Assembly: GCF_009914755.1 (NCBI RefSeq)
Contig: NC_060936.1
Direction: 5' to 3' (one strand)
Length of the DNA: 64,000 bases
Source of the DNA: the human T2T-CHM13v2.0 reference genome, Homo sapiens
Shown one piece after another: positions 28,479-42,381 of the stretch. Position 1 is the stretch's first letter. Every line of letters begins with the position of its first letter. Position numbers and translations under genes: made by a program. The notes below the pieces were generated by a model that was not told where the DNA came from, ran no database searches, and saw nothing but the letters and a program-made list of their open reading frames with translations.

Positions 28479-30688
28479 GTAAGCATCAAGTCTGTTTTGC
28501 CTAAGCGCGTTTGCCAAACAGGAATGCGAAGTCGCATGGTCGAGTTGAGACTAACCCAGCTGCATGTGCCCTTCCCCGGGTTCACTCTTCTAACTCGCGC
28601 TCTGCTCGGTGACTGATGCGTGGGGCACTGGGTTTTCCCGGGCGGGGCAGGGCTGGACGCGATAGGGCTCCTGCCCCTCTCCTGCTCGCGGCTCCCAGCG
28701 CCTCCACGGGGCCTGACTCTGACGCTCTGGAGCTGGGGAGTTCATTTCAAAAGCTGCTTATTTTGGTCAGACTGAACAGCCTCAATAACAACAGCGGATT
28801 CATTCGGGCTTTTTCCTTATCCTGTTACCCAGACCCCACCCCTGTCCTTAAACAAGTGGCAAAAAGTGAATTAAGTTCATCTAGTGAAAGCAGGAGAGGA
28901 GAAAGCCTGTACTTGGAGTTGCCACATTGAGTAGCATTCATTTTATGTTTTAAACTGAGGCTCCATTAGTAAGTTTCCTGAAATGATGGGCTAAGGCAGG
29001 AAATGCGAATACAGCAAGCACAGCCTTAATCCACTGGAGTCTAAAGTGGGATAAACCCAGGGCGCTGGCCATGGCAGAAGTATATTTGGGACTCCACCGA
29101 TGGATGTACTGTTCTAAGTAGAACAGTACTCAGCTGTTGTGAGTGTTGAAACATGTAGCATACTTGGCTTGATTAAATGAATTCTTTAATGTAAAACGGG
29201 TGCCACTTACTGAATACCTACTGTGTGCTCGCCCTGCTAGAGGCCTGACACATATTATTTCTAATCCCCACATCGTCCTGATGGGATCGTTTTAATCATT
29301 CTCACTTCTCAAATGAGGGAACCCAGGCCAGACTCACCCAGGGTCATGAGTGGGTAAAGCATTCAGCCATGCTGATTCCTCTTTATGCTAGACTATATCT
29401 GCGTTTTCCTCATTGAACCACACTGCCACCACATTTGGTTTGTAACTTTAATATTATGTTATATTACAGTGTCTTGTAGCATATTAAACTCTTTCACATG
29501 CATTATTTCATTTGAGCCACGAAACAACACTTTGAAGTGGGAACTGTTATTCCTTTTGGATGTGAGGAAATAGGCTAAGAGAAGTTAGATGACATTCTCA
29601 AGCCCAGAGATTGAATGTGGTCGAATCAAGAGAGACTAGAAATGACATTTTTGACTCCTTGTCTCATATTGCATCCTTACTGCTATTACTGACCACAGGA
29701 ACTGTAACTCACAAAACGTCCCTCAAAATAATTTTGTATCAGGGACAGACATTAGAGAGACCTGATATATATGCATCGATGGAGGTATTTCCTAATTAAG
29801 ATTATTTGAATACACAATTTTTGCATAGTAATTTAAAACTTTAATTTTTGTACTAAGAATTCCCATGAAATTACCATGATTGGAGTTTTCTAAATCAAGT
29901 GATTTTAAAAATAGCTTTTCAGTAAGATATACTGGGTATTTCAGGCACCTCAATGACGATCCACATACCCAGGGGGAAAATATGTCTGTCCTTTAATGCC
30001 AGGGGAATTAAAACAAACAAAGAATGAAGCTCTTTCATTCAGTGTTTTTAAATATCATTTGCAAATGTGTTCCCCATCCTTCCTTTATTGCAGCTTCAAA
30101 AGCTCAGCACCAAAGAGGCAAATTAGATGGAGAAAAAACTTATTTTAGGGTTTAAGGCATGAACATAAAAACCATGCAACTCAGAAATTTTATGAACTAA
30201 AGCTCCTGTGGGAGATGATGTTCCTAATTGCCCTGGAAGCTCCCTGGGTGTTGCACAAAGGGCATTATATACAGCCAGGTCTCTGCTCTTTCTGGTTTTC
30301 TTTTTTATCATCTAGGATTCATTTGAAGTTTGCTCTCAGTACATAGCCCTGATGAAATCTGTCATCTTAGATTTTCTTTCAACTGAGAATCTATGTAGAG
30401 GAGAGCAGCTAGTAGAGATGTCCTGAGACTAGTGAGGAGGGTCTCTGAGGAGCCAGGCCAGGAACAACTCTCATCCTAGCAGGGCCAGAATTTGGGCATG
30501 TGTCACTGTCTCACACAGACACCATGCTCAGCTTGTCCTCACTACTCTGTCTGTGGTTGGTCACAGGGCACTCTTCCAAGCTTTCAGGGAAGGGAAAAGA
30601 TAACGAGGCAGATGGCAAAGTGCAGATGTGTACACACCACACCTGGTGTTGAGCACCAGCTCAGCCACTGTGTGCTGAATAACTTTGA

Positions 30689-30895
<207 letters not shown>

Positions 30896-33535
30896 TAACT
30901 TTGGACAAGTTACTTAACTTCTCTAGGTTTCCATTTCTTTACTAACAAAATCAGAATGATAATAATTCCTACCTTTTCGGGTTGCCCTGAGGATGAAATA
31001 AATTAATACATGTAAAGCACTTAAAATAGTGCCAACGAATGGCATGATTCAATGAGTTAGCTTTACTTATTAGCTGCTTGGGAAGCAGTCACAGGCAGTG
31101 TCACTCTTCAGAGGAAAGGTGGCTTTATTTCATCTCTAGACTTGCAAAACTATCATTTTTGACTCGCTACATTTCCAAGACTAGTTTGAACCCTGAAGAA
31201 AATATCAGTTTTGCCGTCTCACCTTTCTCTGTTCTCAGCCAAGTTACTCTTTAGCAATCACAGTGGTATTTGATTGGTCCAGTACTTTCTGAATCTTTCT
31301 GGAGGTTTATAAAAATGAACTTGGAGGAGAGTGGCCTCCCCAAGGTCATTTTTCCTTTGGGATATGCAGTGATTCAGGGCTGGTATATCCTGCCGGGTTA
31401 TATCAGTTTTCCCTGTTCAGGAGCCCCACCAAACCGAAGCAATCCAGGCCCATCCCTGGGGCTGAGGCTGAGTCACACTGGCTCCGGGATATAGGCTGAA
31501 GCCAAGCTGAGTGAGGCACCCACGCTGTCTACAACTTTCCATGCTTCATTCTTCTGTTTCCCTTTATTCTGGTTGCCTCTTCTCATGTGGTCATCACTTC
31601 ATTTTACAGGGGCCACTATCCCATTAACTTGGAATTTGGGGATTGCCATTTCCTTAACAGAACCTGGATATATGGGTAAATCCACTTAGGTGACTTCTCT
31701 TTGACCAATGCCTGGGTGACTTGATGAATATTCAAGGTGTGGTTACAGACTAAAGAGGCCCTTGGTGATCTATGATCAGAAATTTATGTCCAGTGGGATT
31801 TTAGGAAAACAAATAGGTCATTTTTTATCTATCCATAAATGTGACTCCAATCCCCAATCAAAAGATGATTGAAGTCTTTTTACTTCGATTACAAAAGATT
31901 CCTGTAAGGGGGGAAAAAAACCCAGAATGGAGTCACTGTGGAGACTACGTAACCTGTAAAAGTGCTGTTCATGTATTATAATTCTTTATAGATGGTTTGA
32001 GGGTTGTAAGTCATACCGCAATGACAAAACAAAGTGAAATAGCAACTTTTGAGGATGCACTTGGCTGGGTACAGAGGATCCTAGGACAGAGAAGTGTGTT
32101 CTGCATTTTATTCTGTTAATGGCTTTAGTAGCTAAGTCAGATGGGAATTCAAGCTTGCTCATTTTTCTGGAATTCTTATTGATGAAAAATGTGTAAGGAT
32201 TGAAGTAATCTAAGGACTTTGGGGATTTTACTTCTCACTCAAATGAATACAGGTTTAGTTTAGGTAAAGCATTGCATGCTTAACGTTTGGTTTTCCCTTC
32301 CTCATTCAGTAACATCTGTGGAGGGTGTCTGCTGTGCTACGCATTGGCCTAAAAATAATGAATCAACTACCTGGAGGAGATCTCCAGATCCTGATGGACA
32401 TGTGCCCTTATTATATCTGACAGTAATGAATACTTCCGATTAGAAAATTTAACGTACACAAATATTTTTAAGATCCATTTACCTTTCAAAGTATTCCACT
32501 TGCAGTGATTTATTTGCTTTGGCATCTCTACTCTGAAGTCAATTTAAGTGCAAACTCTTGCTTCTCATCCCCAGTGAATATGTTTAGTATTCGATATTCT
32601 CCTGGCCCTTGTAGGGAATATTCCCATGGAAAGTGAGAATTTCTTTGCCTTATTATGCTTTTTAGCTTCCCCCACTCTCCCTCCATTGCTCCCATACCCC
32701 ACTCAGTGGAGTAAAAACCCTGAGATAAATACTGCATTAATCACATTGGAAAGTTTAAGGCAAGGGCTTAAAAGAAAGGGAAGAATATTTCCTTTATTTA
32801 ATGTCATTTGTAAAACTCATCACATGAATCTGTAATGATTAAAAGTCATGTCAAAAATTTCAGTAACAGTTTTCGTATGTTAACTTATCCTAAGAAATTC
32901 AAGTTGCAGGTTTATTCAGGTTTTAAAAACCGATTTTAAGTCTTGCCTTAATGGAAGGGAAAATTGGGTGGTTATTTATTTTAAAGCAGAATATACCATG
33001 AAACTCACAAGCAGACATATCACATATAGCAAATAAGGAACAAATATAGTTGTTATTCAGAATTTATAAGTAGGGAAAGTAAGATAATAATTTAGCTAAA
33101 TGGTTTGATCATGGTTATGAAAAGTAACTGGAAGAGAGAAAGGTTTGGCATTAGGGTATAGGATAAACCCTCAAGTCAAGAAGCTAAATGTGGTGTTAAC
33201 TTTCTATAGAGTTGTATTGACATTTGAAAATTTTAATCTGGAATTATACTTTTAGGAGTATACTGCATAGTAACACATTATTCGTCATATTGGGACTTTA
33301 ATATGCTTCCAAAATATAATGTCGCATCCCTGGTATCCCTGGGAAATAATTTTTATTATGGCAACTGCCACAGGATTGTTAGGAACTGAGGAGAGATAAT
33401 TACATGGCCCAACTCAATCTCCACTGAATACATAGAACAATAATGACAGGAAAATTATTGTATAGGCATAGGAAGTTCTCATAGTAAGTATAAAAATGGA
33501 ATGCAATTGAATTATTCTGGCAAAAGAAGTTAATT

Positions 33536-33537
<2 letters not shown>

Positions 33538-33591
<54 letters not shown>
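33538..33591. repeat. (TA)n microsatellite
   Basis: Read directly. Confidence 0.95.
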
Positions 33592-33593
<2 letters not shown>

Positions 33594-33626
33594 GGAAATA
33601 AAATGGAATATTCAAGAATTTGGTGA

Positions 33627-34007
<381 letters not shown>

Positions 34008-34480
34008 TCATTAGATGTTCAGAATCAGCAGGAGAAATGTGTTTTCGCCTCTACTTACAGCCTTCTACTAAGCCTGATGTGCAAAGGCCAAGAGAGTGTT
34101 TATATAATGAGGAAATTGTCCCTAAATCTTCTTTTTTAAAAAAAAAAATGAGGAGAAGCAGCAGGTTCTAATATTTTTTTTAATCCTGTATTGTGGATAT
34201 ATTCAACTCAGAAAGTTAGTCTCTGGAAGCTTTTGAGATGTCAGTCATCATTTTGGATTTAATTTTTTGATAGAAATACTGGTACATAGAATTTTGGGAT
34301 AATCAAATGAAAAATAAAATAATTTATTCTCTTACTTTAAGTAATATTCTCAGGGCCACTATATATCCCCTGACACATAATGGATAATTAATAAATGTTG
34401 AACTGAAATCTATTTATTCCATACTTGCCATTATCAGAGCTTCTGTTTGAACATGCATATGCCCATTTTTAAGCTATATT

Positions 34481-34817
34481 CAGTCATCCCTTAGTATCTG
34501 CAGGGGATTGGTACTGGGACTCCTGATACCAAAATTCACAGATACTCAAGTCCCTGCTATAAAATGGTGTAGTATTTGCATATAATTTATGCACATCCTA
34601 CATATGCTTTAAATCATTTCTAGATTACTTATAATACCTAATACAATATAAATACTATGTAAACAGTTGACACACTATATTATTGAGGGAATAATGACAT
34701 GAAAAAGTCTGTACATGTTCAGTACAGACACAACCATCCTTTTTTTATCCAAATGTTTTTGATCCGTGGTTGATTATATTCATGGATATGGAACCCATTG
34801 ATACAGAGGGCTGACTG
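34481..34817 (+). mobile_element. MER2 (TcMar-Tigger) DNA transposon
   Basis: Terminal inverted repeats cagtcatcccttagtatc... / ...gatacagagggctgactg followed by TA. Internal ctagattacttataatacctaatacaat. Confidence 0.85.
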
Positions 34818-35376
34818 TAGTTGTATATTCAAACACAGACAAATTTATTTATGACATTTAAGACAACTATGAGGTAATAGTAAGGAATGTGTTATTACTC
34901 CATTTTGGCTTCTGGATTCTAGAAGAATTCAGAACATATTAACTTAACATTACTTAGATTTTTTATTTCATGTTATAAAATGGCAGGACTCAGGAAGGTC
35001 ATTTGACTTATATGCACTCTCCTAACTAGAATAGGACATATTAGGATTGATGTGGCTGAATGCTAGATGTTGATATTACCACTCTTAACCTTTTACGAAG
35101 AAAACAATGGCATAGGTTTCTCTAATGTTTGGTCTAACAGTTGAATAGATAGATTGCCAATATGATGCCCTCTTTCAGTGTGGTCTGAGAAAATGGGTGT
35201 TTTCTAGATTTGCTCTTGCCTTTAGCTGTATCTGAGACATTTCTATTAAGGATGGTCTTTCACTGGATCCACTTGGTTGTATTGTGGCCTGAAGAGTTAA
35301 TGATAACATTAAAAGGAAACACATAAGGTTATGTTGAAGAGTTCAGCATATATGTTTCTATGTTACTGTAGGATAG

Positions 35377-35738
35377 TGTATTAGTCTGTTCTCACGCTGC
35401 TATAAAGATACTACGTGAGACTAATTTATAAAGAAAGGAGGTTTAATTGACTCACAATTCCACATGGCTGAGGAGGCCTCAGGAAACTTACAATCATGGC
35501 AGAAGGCAAAGGAGAAGCAAATCATATCTTACAGGGCTGCAGGAGAGAGAGCACTGGGGAAACTGCCACTTATAAGCCATCAGATCTCATGAGAACTCAC
35601 TATCTCATCTTCTCATGAGAAGAGCATAGGAGGAACCACCCCCATGATCAAACCACCTTCCACCAGGTTTCCCCCTCAACACATGGGGATTACAATTCAA
35701 GAGAGATTTGGGTGGGGACACAGAATCAAACCATATCA
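35377..35738 (-). mobile_element. THE1D-like (ERVL-MaLR) solo LTR, antisense to SSPN
   Basis: TG...CA ends, aggtttaattgactcaca, ggaggcctcaggaaacttacaatcatggcagaagg, and a 5-bp TSD gatag/gacag. Confidence 0.88.
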
Positions 35739-36220
35739 GACAGGAATGTAATCTAGTCATTAAACTTTAATTAGGTATAATTCACTGCAAAATGCAGTTC
35801 ATTTTTAGGTCTTCCATCCTGGCAAACTAAGGAAGTACTGGTCAAAAAATGTCCATCAAAATCCAGAGCTGGATGGGACCTCATGATGTCATAGTTTAAC
35901 CTTCCAGTTATTATTTGCTGTAAATGTTCAAGTCTAGGTTTATCACGATGAGTTCATAAGCTTACAGTGAACTTCTTTTAAAAAAATAGATGCTAGGAAC
36001 AGGCTTTACAGCATAAGCTATATAAAAACCTATTCCATAGGCACACCCTCTTTCAGATGCTTTGGATGCAGTCTCAGATCTCTGTGTATTGAGATAAAAC
36101 TTGGCAAGAGTAACTGTCAGATGCCTGAGTGAAGCAGCTCACTCCATCACCCTGGTTAATTTTAAAATTCATATGTGTACACCTACACATATGGCATTAA
36201 CTAAAATACATTTTTCTTTC

Positions 36221-36615
36221 TGTCTTAGTCGGCTCAGGCTGCTATAACAAAATACCGTAGACTGGGTGACTTAAACAGCAAACATTCATTTTCTCACAGT
36301 TCTGGAGACGGGAAGTCCAAGATCAGGGTGTCAACATGGTCAGGGGCTAGGGAGGGTTCTCTTCCTGGCTTGCAGGCGGCTGCCTTCTTGCTGTGTGCTC
36401 ACATGGTCTTTTCTCAGTTCATGCATGTGAAGAGAAGAAGAGATCTCTTTCTCTTCCTCTTCTCATGAATCCTCCAGTCCTGTTGGATTAGGACCCCATG
36501 CTTAGGATCTTATTTAACCTTAATTACCTCCTAAAAGCCCTATCTCCAAATATAGTTACTTTTGAGGTTACAGCTTCAACATATGACTTACGGGGACACA
36601 ATTCAGTCCATAGCA
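36221..36615 (-). mobile_element. MLT1A-like solo LTR
   Basis: tgtcttagtc..ctcaggctgctataacaaaatacc..agactgggtgactta...ggggacacaattcagtccatagca. Confidence 0.82.
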
Positions 36616-39600
36616 TTTCCGGTGAGGGTTATACATTTGCACAGCAACCTCAGTGACTCTTAAGCTCGTTTTACAGCTTATTATTGAAAGCCCTACGGCT
36701 TTCTTGGAACAGCTAGAAGTCTGAGTGTTTCCGAGGGGTATTCTGAGCCCGTAATCTGACACACGGAGGTACGATGGGGTGGCGCGGCTCCGTGCTCATG
36801 CCAGTAGTGAGACATATGGAGGAAGCTGTTTTCATTGCATTTACAGATTGCTTCTTTTGTCAAATTTCTGTAAAAATAAAATCAAGTAAATCTAGCTAGT
36901 GAATACAATTCTAAGGTTAACTTAGGCATTTCCTTTGCTGCATTAACTCTTTAAGGCTTAGGAACCTCCACGCTGTAAATTCCTGCATTTCTTTATGCTC
37001 CAGGGAGTATCCTGATGTCAAGATGTAGCTCAAGGATACTTTGGCTTCTGATGCAAAGTATCTGATGCAAAGATGGCTGGCTGAGTGGTACCATTGGGGA
37101 ATGCTTATATGTTCAGCCATTGACCAAGCCTGCTGTCCTGTGGGGGGTGGTGATTGCATACTGTGGGCACCCCCCACCCGCCCTTTGAGCCTTATGAGGT
37201 AATAGCCTTTAGTAGGTGCCTTCACTCTTTGGTAGATCTTCATTTTGACACACATTTAAGGGCTTCTCATTGGATTCTGTTCCCTCACTTAAGAAGTCCT
37301 GAGCTGGGCTCTGCTTTTCCTTCACTAAGTACTGTATTGCACAAACCCAAGCCACCCAAGAGGGAAAGACCAGGGAAGACTAAAACATGCAGCCTTTCAT
37401 AACAATTGGTCCAATCTCAGTTCCAAAACGAAAAGGGATGGCCACGATGGGATACTGTAAGCTCTCCAGTTTGATTTTTGAGCATATTTAAAGTTGATGC
37501 TCTCTGAGCTAATGTTGCTAGAGCCACGGTCCCTAATTGTGAATTTCATAAATGTGAGTGTTTCATTATGGTGTTTCCTGGGGCTGGCAAAAGTCCAGTA
37601 AGTGACGGGACGTTGGAAAGCAGACAGTTTGTTCACAAATGAGCGTTCTCAGATTCTGCTGAAGAAGTTCTGTTGGACCTGCTTCTAATCTTTGCAGAAA
37701 TGAGCAACTCTCCCCTGGCTGGGAGTGCCGTGGTACTGAGAGAGGTGGTGAGAAACCTGGAGGAAGCGCTTTTAAGTGGCATTCTACTCAGTTGTTTTTA
37801 AAGCGTTAGATTCAGCATTCACTGTAAGGAGCAATTAAAAACCCCTTTAAGATATGTTATTATCAAGCCCTCTCTCTTGTATGGAAGATAATGACAGGAG
37901 ACCAGAAAAGGGGGAGGGGGCTGCTAATGTGTTAACTAGACTTTGACGAGCGAGAGAATTTTAGCTTTATTACTAAGTGGGGGAAAAAACACTTCCTTGG
38001 CTGGCTTCCTTCTAAAGTATCAGGTGTGGCATGCATATCAGGCCATTAGCCTGATCTCACAGGCTTAGCCCTATCTCACATTTAGCTATGCCAGGAAAGC
38101 TATGAAGGAGGCATTTTCTAAGACAAGGGCAACAGCATTTCAGTCCTCATCAATTCTGTTGGAGGTTGGAGGTGCTCTTCTCTCAGGGAGAAACTTGCAG
38201 GAGGACTGTGCCTACCTCAGGAAGATAGTGGGGCACCCAAGGCAGTGAAGAGGGCAAACTCGGACTCCCTAAGGCAAATGTATGATCATAAATGAGAAGG
38301 GATTTCTTCATGACCGCATACAGAATTCTGTGTACAGAGTTTGAATCTTTTAGTTTATGAGTTACATGTTCAATAAGTTTATGTACTTCTCCCAGGCTCT
38401 TTGGTAGTCAGGTTCTGAAACAGAAGGACCAAACCCACACAGGTTGGCTTTGTCTCATAATCTTTCCATGAACAAGTAGTTTGAGAAGCCTCTTAAAGGG
38501 CTTCGGTGTGCATTAAGGGCTTGAGACCAACTAGGAATTTTTAAATGCACATAGGGTGACCGTAACTATTGTGTTATAGAACCCTCAAGAAAGAATTCTT
38601 CTTCAGTCACCAAATCGTGTGCGTCACAAATTTTTCCACCTCAAGACCTCCCTGAAGCTTTGCTCCCCTTCTCTCTGTCCTCACACACACATCACAAAAA
38701 GCTCAGTGTCTGGCTAACCCGTGTTGCCATGGGAGGCGAGGGGGAAATGTAGGAGAGGCTGCAGGCTGCTTGGGGACACTGACCTCCTCATGTTGAAAAG
38801 GACAAAACACTTTCAAAGGAGAAGTAATATTATAATATATATTACTTTATGTTCCCTCATACTGTTTTTCATAAAGTACTCTCAATTAGAAAAGCCACTT
38901 GATAATATTTTTAAAGGTTGAACAAGATGGTTCTCTCATTTACAATCCCATTCCAATGTTACATAATTCAATTTATATTGATTTACTGTATAATTTCTAT
39001 GCACTGTGCTATTTAATATGTTTATATTTATTGTACTATTCAACATATATGAACCCAGGAGTTTAATGTAGAATTATCTCTGCAGTCATTTCTAGAATGG
39101 GACCTAATTTGAGAACTGACTTAATTATGGCTAAGTAATGAAATCCAGCCCATGACTATACCACCGGAGTAGGCTCAATCCACATCAGCAAGATTCCTTT
39201 CCCTCTTCTGAGGGCTTGAAAATCCCCAAGTGAAACAAATAAACTATAGGTTGTTTACTTCTTCCCACAAATACTGTTTGTAACAATTCTGCCCCTCCTG
39301 TTGATTCATGAGAAAGGCTGGAACACAATCTTTGATTCTCTTACATTCTTTGGAAATTGATTATTTTGCAAGAATAAGTATTTATAGAACTTGGTGATTA
39401 GTTTTTGGTAAGTCATCACAAGAGTTAGTTAGGAGTAGAAGCCACACCCTAGCCACTCTCCCTCTGTATTTTCATATACCAGGTATGGTGCCCCCAAGAG
39501 CTTAGTCTCTGGGTGAGGAAACACAGGTACAACTAACTGCAATTTAGTTTTAAAAACAAAATGCCAAGGTGGTGCCTTAAACAATGTACCGTGCTAGCGC

Positions 39601-39809
39601 AGAGAAGAACATGATGAACCCTCAGGGTAAGATCAGAAAAAGAAAGGAGAGGGGGTCTGAAATTTGAGGAATGACTCCAGCTTTGGAGTAAGGGTAGAAT
39701 TCTGGCTCTACTAATGTAGAATCATTTTCCAAAAAATATTTGGTAATGATTTTTAAATTTTCATTTCTATGTGAATTTGAACAAATGTCAGTAATTCTGT
39801 GCAATTCTA

Positions 39810-41900
39810 TGCTTTTTAAAATTATAAACATTTCAATTGCATAATAACATAGAAAATAATGCATAATAACATAGAAAAAAATGCCCACTTATCCATTCCT
39901 AGCTTTGCTAAATTTTAGTATTTTGTAATAATTGCTTTTTTATTATTTTTTAAGAAAGGAAACATTACATTGTATTGAAGTCTCCCATGTTTCATTTCTT
40001 AATCAAATTCCCCTACCCCTCCCATCTTCCCCAGAGATATGTACTATCCTGAATTTGGTATTTTTTATGCATAAGCCTGTTTTCATACTTTGAAAATTTG
40101 TATATATCCATAACCAACATGTCATATTTTAATTTTTATACAGATGGTATCATATCATTTCTGCTCAACATCGTTTTTGAGATTTATTTATAATAGTACA
40201 CAGATATCATTCATTCATGTTTGCTATACTGAATTTCACTGTTAGGAATATACAACATTGGCCAGGTACAGTGGCTCACACCTGTAATCCCAGCACTTTG
40301 GGAGGCCAAGGCGGGAGGATTGCTTGAGCCTAGGAGTTCAAGCCTGGGCAACATGGCAAAACCCCGTCTCTACAAAAAATACTTTTTGTAGAGAAATTAG
40401 CTGGGTGTGGTGGCAGATGCCTGTTGTTCCAGCTACTCAGGAGGCTGAGGTGGGAGGATCATTTGAACCTGGGAGGTTGAGACAGTGGTGAGCCATGATC
40501 GCACCACCGCACTTCAGCCTGGGCAACAGAGCAAGACCCTGTCTCAAAAGAAAGTGGTGGTGGTGGGGGGGGGGGATATATAACAGTTAATTCATTCTCT
40601 TGTTGAAGAAAATTTGTTTTCAAAAATGATTTTTTATTTTGCATTTATGGTGTTACAGTGGATATTCTTGTCTATAACTCCCTGTGCACATAAAGTCTTG
40701 TTAAGGCATATTCCTAGAAGTCAAATTGTTGGGTCATAAGATATAGACATCGTCAAATTACTAGCTATTGCCAAGTCACTACCACAAATCCAAATTGGAC
40801 TAACTTACACCTCACCTCCACCAGTGGTAAATCAGAGTTCTTTACCTATCTTATTTGTGTGCAATGGTATCTTGTTTTAATTTGCATTTTGGTGTTGCTA
40901 CTGGAATTGAACATATTTTATGTTGATTGGCCATTTTATTTTGTGTTCTATCATTTATTTATTCAAAAAATATTTTCTATGGGTTGTTCGTTTCTTATTT
41001 ATTTATAGGATTTGTTACTTTTGTTACTTAATCTTTATGGTTTTAGGTACTACAAATATCTTTTTCTGGTTGGTATCATATCTTTTATTTATGGTGTTTT
41101 GTTATGAAAAAAGATTTAATCTTCATATATTTATATTTATCAGTTCTTTTTTTTATGGATTTGATATAGTTTAAAGAAATTTTTCCCTACTCCAAGGCCA
41201 TAAAAATATTTTTCTATACCATTTTCTAAAAATGTTAAAGGTTTGCTTTTGGGTATTCATATCTTTATTATAAGTGGTTTCTTTTTGCAATGATGTGAAG
41301 GGTCCATACATTTTTTCTCACATGGATTGATAATTGTTTTAGCACCGTTTAATAAATAATCGGTCCCTTTCATAGTGATCTGTTACACCCATTTATCATC
41401 TGTCAAGTTTCCATATTAGATTTGCTTTGTGATTTTCCTTAGTTCTATTGTTTTATTTGGCTATCACTATGCCAATACCATTGTCTAAATTAAAATGATG
41501 CTATAATGCATCTTGTTATAAAGATGATGGATAAGCAGCCCACCCCCAACCCACCCTCCTTCATTTTATTCTTCTTCAAAATTTTCTCAGTGAATCTTAG
41601 CCATTTTCTCTTGCATATACACTTTAGAATAGGCTTTTCAAGTTCCAAGAAAAATACTTTTGGTAATTTCCTGGGATTTGTACTTTCTATACATGACCAA
41701 AGATGATCTCACCATTTATTTGAGTCTTCTCTAATGTCTTTTATCTGGTCTTTTGATTATTGAGTTCACTTTAGTTGCTTTGTGCTCAGTTCATGTGTTT
41801 TTCATATCAATTATTTGATATTTGATTAGACTTATTTTGTGACCAATCTTCATAAACAGTTCTTGAATGCTTGGGAAAAATGTGGATTCTCTCATTTTGG
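39810..41900 (-). mobile_element. Degenerate L1M fragments, interrupted by an Alu
   Basis: T-rich antisense L1-like motifs (tcttgttttaatttgcattt, ccctactccaaggccataaaaatatt). Boundaries uncertain. Confidence 0.6.
40260..40553 (+). mobile_element. AluJ-type SINE
   Basis: Dimer with ggaggattgcttgagcctagg J-type features. Confidence 0.88.
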
Positions 41901-42338
41901 GGTTTAGGGTTCTATACTCAATTTTAAAATTAAGTTTGTTCCCTTTGCCTGGAATTGCTGTCAGATGTATATTTAGAATCTTCTTATTCTCCCTCCATAT
42001 TTCTTATCCTGTCTAGTATGTTTCATCTCTCTTTATCTCTCTGTGCTGTATCTTGGGTTATTTTCTCAGATTTTCTGGTTCACTTTTCCCTTCTTCATTT
42101 AGGTTTAATCTGCCTTTTACTTGTCCTTTGAGTTTTTACTGCCAGCAATTTTAATTTTTCATTCTAGAACTCACTGATGTTGTTACTGATGTTATTTTCA
42201 CATATCCCTGGTGCTTTAAAAACTGTCCTGTTCTTTATGTTTTCAGTTCCTTCCTTCATGTGTTTGTTTTGAATGTACTTTTTATAGGCTCTGCTCATTA
42301 CTTCCATTATTTGGAATTCTTATAGCTCTGATTCTTAG

Positions 42339-42340
<2 letters not shown>

Positions 42341-42379
<39 letters not shown>
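42341..42379. repeat. (TG)n microsatellite
   Basis: Read directly. Confidence 0.95.

Positions 42380-42381
<2 letters not shown>

Larger units (their letters stand above)
27850..28740. promoter_or_regulatory. SSPN: CpG island promoter of SSPN
   Basis: Abrupt rise in GC and CpG density against an AT-rich, CpG-depleted background, spanning exon 1. Confidence 0.92.

Noticed and set aside
27786-28585. Multiple overlapping ORFs on both strands in the promoter island
   Set aside because: Expected from stop-codon scarcity in GC-rich DNA. Several start at non-ATG codons and are low-complexity R/A/G/P.
28200-28930. 138-aa ORF and the following 104-aa ORF overlapping at TGATG, resembling translational coupling
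   Set aside because: The first is exon 1 read through its donor into the intron. The second is GC-rich intron sequence with no recognisable protein features. The overlap is coincidental in a spliced human gene.
36730-36800. Small CpG cluster with a 7-bp inverted repeat and a partial CTCF-like GGTGGCGC
   Set aside because: The stem is too short and the motif lacks the 5' half. Not distinguishable from chance.
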